From the IMG/VR virus record IMGVR_UViG_3300010371_000035: a stretch of 64,000 nucleotides of DNA. The stretch is one strand, 5' to 3'. Shown here in pieces: positions 41,112-50,273 of the stretch (its first letter is position 1; each line of letters begins with the position of its first letter). The notes under the pieces are model-generated. The model did not search any database. It was not told the DNA's origin and saw only the letters and a program-made list of their open reading frames with translations. The stretch is from an uncultured virus (IMG/VR IMGVR_UViG_3300010371_000035). Its lineage: Duplodnaviria; Heunggongvirae; Uroviricota; Caudoviricetes. A program made the translations under genes and the position numbers.

Positions 41112-43137
41112 TTACCATTTCATCCCATGTTTCTTGAAGATAGCTGCGGCGAGATTGATCAGATGCTCAACTTGCGGACGATAGGTATGGCTCTCGATGC
41201 TGACCCACCTGTCTCCCTTATCCTTGGCATGCACCTGATAGTGCCTCTCCATCTCTTCGCGAGTCTTGTAGGAACAGCAGCCGTAGGCGACGAAGGAGCC
41301 AATTTCTCCGTCATGGTCTCCCATGCCATTATCTTGATAACCCTTATCGTCTGGATCGGTGCAAATCCTGACGAGGAACTCGTGCTCCTCACCGTGACCA
41401 AATCGGTCCTTATGTTCATGTGCAGGAGTACGAACTCCTTCATAGCGGTATATCCATTCCTGCTGAGGAGTGGGTTCCTCTTTATGAGAATATTGGATTT
41501 GCCGTTCCAAATAAGAAAGATCATTCGGTTGCCGCTTGGATGTCCGCTTGGTCACTTTCTTGCTTGCTGTTCTATTCTTGCGCGACGCAACTTTTCTACG
41601 AGCCATTGTTCTCTCCTCCTTCTAGAGCTTGTCGAGCATATGACGGCATATGGCCAGATCGATTGGATCTCGGCTGTTCAAGCACGTAACTCTATGCCAC
41701 GCCTGCTTCTCGGGCAGGCTCAGCTGATCATAGACCTCGTTTACTCGGATCATCGCCGGGTGATCCTGTGGCAATATCTGCATCGTCTTCTGATCGACGA
41801 TCACCGGCCGACATCCCGGACAGCCCTCCTGATACTCGTCCCTGCTCATTATCTACTCCTTCGTGGAACATATGACAGTTGCTGCAATACTTCTCGCGGA
41901 CATCATTGGGATTGTGCGAAGTCATATTGCACTTTGGACACGTGATAGATGGTGGAGGATCCACCTTCTTTGGTTTCCATGGATAGTAGTTTGCTCTCCA
42001 CACCATGCGCGCCACCAGTTCATTCTTTTCTTCGTCTGTGAGATGCTTGCTACGCCGGACGGCGGCAATCGCATGGGTTAGGATCATGATTTCCTCGGCT
42101 TGTTGGTCAGGAAGTCCATGACGCGAGTTTCCTCAGAGATAAGAGGCTGCACCATTGCCTGCAGCTTCTCCTCCGTCTCACCCCAGAAGATCATAATGTC
42201 GAATGGACGATCCCATTCGGCACCAAGGATATGGATCGGATGACCTTCTCGCATTCTCTGGATGTTGCCCTCGCTAAGTCCGAAGGCATACATATCCTGA
42301 CCTCTACGGCCTTGAGCATAGAGCTTAATCATGCCACAGGGTCCTTCACGATCTTGATGATAACGTAGGTGTGGTCCACGTCTCCATTAAAGACCTTGGC
42401 CTGCTCTTCGTCCAAGGCGGTGGCCAGATTATCGTCGATATCCAGCTCTACCATGAACCGGGCGTCACGAACCGTAATGTCCACGACTGGATAATCCTCA
42501 AAGTTTGGTTTCTCAGCCATTTACTTCTCCTCTCTTCCTGAGTTCGCCCACCAATGCTTCAGCGGCAGCGATCTGTGTGGCGAAGTTTCCCTTCTCGCAT
42601 TCCAGCGCAGGCAGCTTGCTGTGGCGCGACCGACGGATGCGCCATAGATCGCCACCCGCCTTCACGACTTGGTATTGATCATATTCTCGAGGCCGCGCGC
42701 CAGACATCAGCACACGAGAACTCGTCGGTCGTTTCATTTCGGCTCCTCCTTGATCTGTTTCGTTGCTCCCAGGAGCTCACGGAGCTGATCGCGCACTACT
42801 GGATCCTCGACCGTGCGCAAGAAATCACATTCCGCACACAGATTGTCTGTTGTACCCGGTCGCCGTTCGAGGAACGTGTAGACATGCGTCCCGCAGTCCT
42901 CACATTCAAACTCCCTCGGGCCGCTCATTTGGGCCACCGTTTCGCCCGCTCGGCGTTCCACGGCAAGTCCGGTATCTCGTCACCGAAATACGATTTCAAC
43001 AATTCGGTCAGGATACGGCGTTCCTCGACCGTCACACGCATTTTCGATATCTCATGACCCAGCCGAATCATATTGAGGTGGAACAACTTGTGGTCCCTTG
43101 GCCTCAACTCGATCCGCAACAACCCATCGTCCGACAT
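41112..43137 (-). other. Cluster of small hypothetical genes (41112-41606, 41622-41849, 42084-42332, 42329-42520, 42513-42737, 42734-42961, 42925-43137)
   Basis: Tightly coupled ORFs with RBSs; several carry CxxC pairs. Confidence 0.65.
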
Positions 43138-43423
43138 AACCTGTCCTCCTATAATAACCGCAGGCTCGAAAGGACGGTAGAGGAAAACCCGGCCTTCGAT
43201 TTCCTCCCACCCTGGACTCGTCTTAGAGCGACCACCGACGTCCCAAACTAGGAGTTAGCATCCAGTGCCATTGCCGCACGACACGACCACCGGAGAACCC
43301 GCGATACAAACCCAGCATAGCAAAACGCCCCGGTTCATGCAGCATGAACTGCACAGACCGGGGCGCCTGTTAGAGCAGACCGAGGAGGGGCGTCGGAACA
43401 GTCTGCTCTGTTATCCGATCGAA

Positions 43424-43789
43424 CTACGCCTTCACGCCGAGGAGCTTGGCCAGCGGCTTGAGCTTGGCGTCCTTCACGTCATCGTCGAACTTGGCGATCT
43501 TGACCTTCTTGAACGCGTCACGGATCTTGGCAACGTCATTCGGCTTCTTGGACATCGCCCTGATCTTCTCGACGATCTTGTCGCGAAGCTCCTGCATCGG
43601 GTCGGCTTCTTCACCTTCCTCACCCAGGAGGTCAGACCCGTCGCCCTCTTCCTCGGACGTCTCTTCTTCGGTCGTTTCCTCTTCGGGCTCGGTCTCCTCA
43701 GGAGCGGCACCGCGCGCTTCCAGCCACGTCTTGACCTGCTCGACGACTTCAGCTTCGTCGTCGCCTGTGAACATCACAGAAATACCCAT
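43424..43789 (-). CDS. Acidic protein typical of the head of DUF2800-DUF2815-PolA modules
   Basis: Glu-rich linker plus basic helical C-terminus; high-expression codon bias. Confidence 0.65.
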   Translation of the reverse strand: MGISVMFTGDDEAEVVEQVKTWLEARGAAPEETEPEEETTEEETSEEEGDGSDLLGEEGEEADPMQELRDKIVEKIRAMSKKPNDVAKIRDAFKKVKIAKFDDDVKDAKLKPLAKLLGVKA

Positions 43790-44318
43790 GGTCTTTCCTT
43801 TCACTCTGCAGAGAGGCATCTTTGCCTCGCCGACCATGGTGGCGATGGATGTTCTTCCGCGCAAGCTGAATTTGGCACCTTATATTCGCCCGCGCGAGCG
43901 CGCGATGCGCTCCTGTTGCTCTTTTATGAGCTGTTTCATCCGTTCTCTTCTCAATCTCGTCCGTTCCATTGTACGAATATGCGACACCATGGCCCGGAGC
44001 ACCATCATCCCATCCACCCTGTCAATTTCTTCTGCTATATGAAAGGCACTGGCAGCGCAGGGGATGCAGATCTTAAAATCTATTGTATTCAAATAATCTC
44101 GAGCTCTTTTTGGAAGATTGTCGAACTCTTGCATAACTTCTACTGGATCTACATACGACTGTATCATACATCCATAGATATTGGTCTGCTGGAGCAACGA
44201 GGCTGGAAAATCCGAGAGTTTCATATTTACTATCCTCCACCGCTTACCGCCGGTACCAACCGCAGTATGCCTGTATCTACTGGTCATATGCAATTAGAAC
44301 TTTACATTGCCAGGAAAA

Positions 44319-44347
44319 TTGCTGCCGGAAATATCGGCTGCTACAAT
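44319..44347 (+). promoter_or_regulatory. Sigma70-like promoter for primase-helicase
   Basis: TTGCTG-17 nt-TACAAT upstream of a GAGGAG RBS. Confidence 0.5.
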
Positions 44348-44380
44348 AAGGGTAAGAGGGCCGGAACGAAAGAGGAGAGA

Positions 44381-46570
44381 ATGACAGACTATCTTAAGAA
44401 ATACGGATTGACCGTTGTAAAGAACGGATGGCCGATTGTTCTACTTCCACATGGGAGCAAGAAACCAATTGGATTCAAATGGCAGGAGAAGGTTGTTACA
44501 GAGCACGACATCAAGCGAGCGCTCGCCTCCGGTAAGGAGTACGGGTTTGGGATCAAGTGCGGCAATGTGGTTGGGATAGACGACGATTACGAGGAGTCGG
44601 ACACTGTCACCGAAACGTTCCTCGATGCGGTCAAGGAGCTCAAGGACCATTACTTCCCGAAGTCGCTCTGGCGGCGTGGCCGTCCGACGCGACAACCACT
44701 CCGCGTTATTCGTCTCAAGGACGGGGAGGCCGCCAAGTCTCTCAATGTAGACAAGCTGCAGATCATCGGCAAGGGTCGTCAGTTCGTTGCCTATAACCTC
44801 CACCCCGATACAGGAGAATCGTATGTCTGGCTCAAAGGCGAAGACGAAGGCATCGGAAGCCCAGTCTCAATGCGATTCAAGGACATCCCCCAATACAGCA
44901 GAGCAGAGCTCGAGGGATTCTTGCAAGGGGTGCTCCTCCTCGAAGAAACCTTCGGACTGGCACCCGAACGAACAGGAGATGTTGTCCGCGCTATCAAGGC
45001 TGGTGAGCGTCCGAAGCGTGTCGCCGGGCTTTCTGCAGACCGAAAGCTGGTTGAGAAAGCATGCGAGTACATTGTGAACGATCCGAAGTGGGGATGGGAA
45101 GACTGGAATAACAACATCATGATGCCCCTCTACAACGCCAGCAAAGGCGAACCGTGGGGTTTGGAGCTTGCACATGCGCTATCGGCCCAGAGCGATCTCT
45201 ACGACGAAGCGACGACGGAAGAAAGATGGGAACAAATCGAGAAGCATCCAGCCGATCTACTCGGTTGGCCACGGCTCAATTGGCTGGCTCGACAACAGGG
45301 TATGCCTTTCCTCGGTCCGCTGGATTGGGACAACTACCGAGTCTTCATGGACCGCAAAGAAGTCCTTAATGTCACGAATAATCAGTGGATTATTTCTGAG
45401 AGGTTTAACGATCTGTTTGCAGATTATAAAGAGAAGAAACGCACGGTGATGCAAACGTTCGTAAAGAACCGTCCCGATCAAGTGTTCGACACGATTACGT
45501 GGGACAGCAGCCTGCCCAGCGGGATGGCCTCGAAGTCCGGACGTCGTCTTTGGAATACATGGGTGGCCCCGGACTGGTGGGGCGAACCGGGCGATATAAC
45601 GCCATGGCTTATCGTCATGGATAAGATCTTCGGAAATCTAATGCATCTGGTGATCAAACGGATGGCGTGTGACGTCCAGTATCCCGAAGTGCGGCCGCAA
45701 TGGCACATCCTTGTCACGGGAGAGAACGGCATCGGCAAATCGACAACATTCTATCCGCTTATGGAATGGGCCAAGCGATTCAACATGCACGCGCCTATCA
45801 CAACGAATATGATCAATGGCCCGTTCAATGCATGGATATCTCGTAAGAAGATCATAACGTTGAACGAAGTGGTTGGCATCACGTCAGCGCAATTCGACAA
45901 TCTGAAGGACATGCTGGCGGGCGGTGAGAGCGAAATAATGGTCAACGACAAGAACGTCAAGTTGGTGCCTGAACATCTTATTGCTTCGTTCTACTGTTCC
46001 AGTAACCATCGCAATGCGTTGTCGATCACAAAGACCGAGCGCAGGCTCTTGGTCCATCATAGTCAAGAGCCATCGCCCGAGAAGGGTAGCAAGGCATCGA
46101 AGGAAGCATATGATGCATTCCAATGGGTTAAACAGAACTGGCCTCGAGTGGTTCATCATCTGAAGCATGAAGTCAAAGTGTCCTCGGCGTTCGTGCAAGT
46201 TCATCCCGGTGTGACGGCTGGACAACGAGAAATGGCGGACATGACCGCCCCAGCGCACGAGCGTATCGCCGACAACATCCGCGAGATCATGCACAACGTC
46301 CCTGTCTTCGATATGCGGGACGTCGCCACCGCGTTGGCCATGGACGAGAGCAGCGTGGACGGCAGCATGATCAACAATGGCATGATCCGCAAAGCGCTAA
46401 GCCATCTAGGTGCTGTCCGTCTCAACAACGGCCGGTCTGTGAAGATCATCAACGGACATGGCGCAGAACAGAAACGGTTATGGTCCCTCGACCGCGAACT
46501 GGAAACGGCACCGAATGAACAAGTGCGATTCCTATACGAGACGTTCCGTAAAGATGAGAAGTACAGCTAG
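44381..46570 (+). CDS. Primase-helicase (Prim-Pol N-terminus, PriCT-2, SF3/DUF5906 helicase)
   Basis: GWPIVLL...KKP..W, GIDDD, GRQFVAY..HPDTG..Y.W; GENGIGKS Walker A; SSNH; GAGGAG RBS before ATG 44381. Confidence 0.9.
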   Translation: MTDYLKKYGLTVVKNGWPIVLLPHGSKKPIGFKWQEKVVTEHDIKRALASGKEYGFGIKCGNVVGIDDDYEESDTVTETFLDAVKELKDHYFPKSLWRRGRPTRQPLRVIRLKDGEAAKSLNVDKLQIIGKGRQFVAYNLHPDTGESYVWLKGEDEGIGSPVSMRFKDIPQYSRAELEGFLQGVLLLEETFGLAPERTGDVVRAIKAGERPKRVAGLSADRKLVEKACEYIVNDPKWGWEDWNNNIMMPLYNASKGEPWGLELAHALSAQSDLYDEATTEERWEQIEKHPADLLGWPRLNWLARQQGMPFLGPLDWDNYRVFMDRKEVLNVTNNQWIISERFNDLFADYKEKKRTVMQTFVKNRPDQVFDTITWDSSLPSGMASKSGRRLWNTWVAPDWWGEPGDITPWLIVMDKIFGNLMHLVIKRMACDVQYPEVRPQWHILVTGENGIGKSTTFYPLMEWAKRFNMHAPITTNMINGPFNAWISRKKIITLNEVVGITSAQFDNLKDMLAGGESEIMVNDKNVKLVPEHLIASFYCSSNHRNALSITKTERRLLVHHSQEPSPEKGSKASKEAYDAFQWVKQNWPRVVHHLKHEVKVSSAFVQVHPGVTAGQREMADMTAPAHERIADNIREIMHNVPVFDMRDVATALAMDESSVDGSMINNGMIRKALSHLGAVRLNNGRSVKIINGHGAEQKRLWSLDRELETAPNEQVRFLYETFRKDEKYS

Positions 46571-46582
46571 AAGGAGAAAGTA

Positions 46583-46804
46583 ATGTCTGATATCGCAATC
46601 ATGACTGCACAAGAGCTCATGCGCCAAGCTGGCATGACAGCTAACGACTATATGTCCTATGCCATCGAGCGGATCGACAAACAGCTGGGAGTTGGATACG
46701 CCCGCAAACATCCGGAACTTATCGGACAATTCATGCGTACGGCTGCACAGGATTTCCATACTGCTATGATGGTGCAATGTTCCGTGCGCGGTTCCCAATC
46801 CTAG
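46583..46804 (+). CDS. Hypothetical protein
   Basis: AAGGAG RBS. Confidence 0.6.
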   Translation: MSDIAIMTAQELMRQAGMTANDYMSYAIERIDKQLGVGYARKHPELIGQFMRTAAQDFHTAMMVQCSVRGSQS

Positions 46805-46846
46805 AAGACGACTATCCCGCGGTCAAACTAACAGAAGGAGTAGACT

Positions 46847-47419
46847 ATGTCATCCGATATCATGATCGATCTTGAGACGCTGGGCCTCCAGCCGGGTTGC
46901 GTCCTGCTGTCGTTGGGTGCAGCCGCTTTCAGTTTGAATGAACCCGGCAGTCTAGGGGACACCTTCCATTGCAACATCAACCGAACCTCGTGCGTCAAGC
47001 TGGGTATGTTCATCGACCCTTCCACGGAAATGTGGTGGACAACGCAGAGTGAGGAGGCGAAGGCAGGACTCTGGAACCCTCAGCCGGTGGACATCAGCAT
47101 TGCCTTCTACCACTTCTTCGAGTGGATCAAAAAGCATGGGGATGTTCGCGTGTGGTCGCATGGGGCTGGCTTCGATCTGCCTATGATCCATGATGCTGCC
47201 CGGCGCTGTGGATATTCTATGCCATGGTCGTTCCGCAATGAACGCGATACACGGACTCTGTTCCATCTGGCACGAAATCTGATTCCGTGGGGGCAATACG
47301 TCGAGATAATGGAACAAAAAGCTGGTGTTCACCATCATGCGAGGGACGATTCTGTCACACAGGCCGAACAGGTCATGAAACTCTGGGCAGCCGTGGAAGG
47401 GTCAAAAAATGGGGGGTGA
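46847..47419 (+). CDS. DEDDh 3'-5' exonuclease (Rv2179c/DUF5051-like)
   Basis: MIDLETLG, WSHGAGFD, RDTRT, HHARDD. Confidence 0.9.
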   Translation: MSSDIMIDLETLGLQPGCVLLSLGAAAFSLNEPGSLGDTFHCNINRTSCVKLGMFIDPSTEMWWTTQSEEAKAGLWNPQPVDISIAFYHFFEWIKKHGDVRVWSHGAGFDLPMIHDAARRCGYSMPWSFRNERDTRTLFHLARNLIPWGQYVEIMEQKAGVHHHARDDSVTQAEQVMKLWAAVEGSKNGG

Positions 47420-47745
47420 ACGGTGCGCGGTGCAGGCCGTTTTGGTGAACAGCACCGTGAGGTGCATACTTTCCTGGGTGGTCTAAGCGTCTGTAATAAC
47501 AGGAAAATATCCAAATTCAGGTGCAGGGTGCAGTGGGTGCAGCAAATGGCCATTTTTATATATAGATATACTCATACATATTCAATATACTTTCCTTCGT
47601 ATTGCTATGGGTATTTACTGCACCCACTGCACCTTCTATTAATAAATAAGGGGAAATAGTAGTAAATATATGGATTTTTCTTGGGTGCACTGAATTGGGT
47701 GCAGTAGGAAGTATTCAGCAATTGAGATGCACCGCTGCACCTGAG
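47420..47745. repeat. AT-rich region with GGTGCA/TGCACC repeats; probable replication origin
   Basis: 16-bp perfect inverted repeat (47527-47542 / 47618-47633) around an AT-rich core, plus further GGTGCA copies in both orientations. Confidence 0.7.
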
Positions 47746-47951
47746 CGAAAGGAGGGACCAAAATGGATGCGAGACCAGTTCAGCTTGTAGTGTCTCCCGA
47801 GGAGTTTCTGGAGTTGCAAATGGTCGATGATGAAGAGCTGTTGGTGCTGGTGTCCTGGATCACGGGGCAGTCCTTGAGTACGGTTCGACAGTGGGCTGTT
47901 CCAAACATGCCACCGATAGAAGTGATTGTCGATTGGAACAGGGAGTAGGTC

Positions 47952-48146
47952 ATGCCGAAGCCTATCTATCCCGAGGAGGAGTGCCCATTGTGCGATGGAA
48001 AAGGAACAAAGGATCCCGAGTGTGTTACCTGTATGGGGAAAGGGAGGATCAAGGTTCATGACGAGTGGATGGACTGCCCCGATTGTGAGAACGAGCCATG
48101 CGATATGTGTGGAGGATATCTGCGACATCTGCGTAGGAGGTTCTGA
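47952..48146 (+). CDS. Small Cys-rich zinc-finger protein (DnaJ-type CxxCxGxG)
   Basis: CPLCDGKG, CVTCMGKG, CPDC, CDMCGG. Confidence 0.65.
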   Translation: MPKPIYPEEECPLCDGKGTKDPECVTCMGKGRIKVHDEWMDCPDCENEPCDMCGGYLRHLRRRF

Positions 48147-48340
48147 TGACTGACTTGTTCGATTATGCGGAAGGGAAAGCGGCGGCATTAGAGCATAGGC
48201 CATGTTCTGATAATCCGCATGGCGTGGGATCCGACAGTTACCAGCACTGGCGATTGGCGTGGCTGCTCACACGATCGTGGATGCTGGATAATCTTCCACC
48301 AATGCATATCCGTATTCGCGAGACACAAGAAAGGTAGGCT

Positions 48341-48754
48341 ATGATGAAAGAAGGAGCTGATGGCGTATGGGGTCACTTCTCCAAGGCGTGGCCGTGGCAT
48401 AGCGAGCGGATGGAGCCCGCGTTCGATAGCGGATTGCCAGATGTTCTGCTCAAAGACATACGCGGTAATGCAGGACTCTGCGAATTGAAGGCACCAGACA
48501 AGCTGTTCTTGAGACCAAGCCAGAAAGCATGGATAAGACGATGGCAGGATTCCGGGTCGTGTGCTATTCCTATTGTCACATGCGATAATGTGAATGGCCG
48601 GATCCAGTGGAAGGTGATGCGGTTCTTCCGAGTTGGAGGTGGTGGATCGTATCTGTCATCTGCTCTCAAGAAGGATGCAGACAGATGGATCAACAAGGAT
48701 GAAATGATTCATCTGGTCTGTGTGATGAATGGACTGGAGCCATATCTTGAGTAG
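48341..48754 (+). CDS. VRR-NUC/Holliday-junction-resolvase-like nuclease
   Basis: R.E.....GLPD......ELK......RPSQ..W. Confidence 0.75.
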   Translation: MMKEGADGVWGHFSKAWPWHSERMEPAFDSGLPDVLLKDIRGNAGLCELKAPDKLFLRPSQKAWIRRWQDSGSCAIPIVTCDNVNGRIQWKVMRFFRVGGGGSYLSSALKKDADRWINKDEMIHLVCVMNGLEPYLE

Positions 48755-49217
48755 AAAGAAAAAGGAACAGAAGCAGAAGGACAGGAATGTGTCCCTCGGA
48801 TATCTGATGAGGATATTCGAGGAGCACCAACTGGAGTCGTTATCCCATATCGCTCAGACGTATCATAAGATCGAACGTTCTCTAGGATATAGGACCATGC
48901 GATTCCAGGAGTATACGCATACAGGAGGATTAGATAGCGGATCCGTTGCACTTCATGAGATTGAAGTAATAGGGAAATGGAGCAAGCAATGCGAGAGATG
49001 GGGATTAGATCCAGCTGGGACTGTTCTATTGGCTCGGGAAGGAGCTCCGATAGAGCGGATTGTGCGGCAATTGAATTTGCCACGAGACCGAGTCATATTG
49101 CATGCTCAGTGCTGCTTGACTGTATGGTCTGTAAATTTCCACAGATGTTCTTCCGAAGAACTTCATAAAATTATGAGAATAATGGATCCTGAATTTGCCA
49201 GACAAAACATCCAATAG
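48729..49217 (+). CDS. Hypothetical protein, possible late transcription regulator
   Basis: HTH-like C-terminus; directly upstream of terminase. Confidence 0.4.
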   Translation: MDWSHILSRKKKEQKQKDRNVSLGYLMRIFEEHQLESLSHIAQTYHKIERSLGYRTMRFQEYTHTGGLDSGSVALHEIEVIGKWSKQCERWGLDPAGTVLLAREGAPIERIVRQLNLPRDRVILHAQCCLTVWSVNFHRCSSEELHKIMRIMDPEFARQNIQ

Positions 49218-49424
49218 GCCCTGCATCCAATGTTTGCTGGGGTTTGTGGGGGCTTGTGCAATGGAAATATCTGTGCGACGATGTATGCCTCGCTGGTTTT
49301 AGACACTTCAGTCCCGTTCCCCTCGGGCTGCAGTGGTGGCCCTCCCAGTCGAAGCTCCTCCCATCGTATGCTCATCACTCCCCCTCGGTCTTGGGAGGGC
49401 CATTTCACGGAATGGAGTTTGGTC

Positions 49425-50273
49425 GTGGCCAGGACTAAGCAGAAGAAAACGATTCCTCCAAACAAATCTATTTCCAAGAAGGCGATTCCAAAGAAGGTTG
49501 TTCCGAAGAAACACAAGATATTCCCAAATCGCCCAGAGCCTGCTCGACTTACAATGATGGCCGCGCGGAATGTCGGGAAGCCATCAGATTATAAATCCCG
49601 TAATGATTATCTGCTGGCTCTTCGAGCTGAACGGTGGAGACTTCGTAAAGAATACGACACTAAGGATTTGATAGTGGAAGTTGAGAAGAGATTAAATCCT
49701 GGTGGTGTCACAGAATATAGAAAGGATTTTGCGCAAGTAGCTCGTCTTGTATGTTCCCTTTACGGTAGTACCCGAGGTGAGCTCGCCAAGTTCTTTCGAG
49801 TGTCTGAAAATACCATTACTCTATGGTTGCAGGAATATCCAGAATTTAATGCTGCTGTGAATGATCGTTCTACCGAGATGAATATTCAAATCATGCAACG
49901 TCTTGCGCGTCGCGCAATGGGCTTCTATGCTAATACGGAAAAGATATTCTACGATGTCAAACGTGGTGATGTAGTCCGCGTACCCACCAAGGAATACCAC
50001 CCTCCATCTGAGTCTGCGATTATGTTCTGGCTAAAGAACAGGATGCCTGAACATTGGAAGGATGTGAAACAAGTGGATGTGGATGAGACTCGTAAGCTCA
50101 CCATGGAGATCTACCGCAATTTCGATAACATGACTTCGGAGCAAGCGAGCGATGCCTACCAAGAGCTCCTTAAAATCGAGAGCGGCACCTTCCAAAAAGA
50201 AGACCGTCGCCAGACCCAGACCAAAGTTACAGACGTCGTTGACCTCGCCGCAAATTCAGGAAAAGACTCCTGA
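49425..50273 (+). CDS. Terminase small subunit
   Basis: ELAKFFRVSENTI..W...YPEF HTH; PPSESAIMFWLKNR.PE.WKD motif; GTG start after GGAG. Confidence 0.85.
   Translation: MARTKQKKTIPPNKSISKKAIPKKVVPKKHKIFPNRPEPARLTMMAARNVGKPSDYKSRNDYLLALRAERWRLRKEYDTKDLIVEVEKRLNPGGVTEYRKDFAQVARLVCSLYGSTRGELAKFFRVSENTITLWLQEYPEFNAAVNDRSTEMNIQIMQRLARRAMGFYANTEKIFYDVKRGDVVRVPTKEYHPPSESAIMFWLKNRMPEHWKDVKQVDVDETRKLTMEIYRNFDNMTSEQASDAYQELLKIESGTFQKEDRRQTQTKVTDVVDLAANSGKDS

Noticed and set aside
43265..44380. N-terminal 372 aa of the 1101-aa ORF
   Set aside because: It is an antisense shadow of minus-strand genes; a promoter-like sequence and RBS point to ATG 44381 as the true start.
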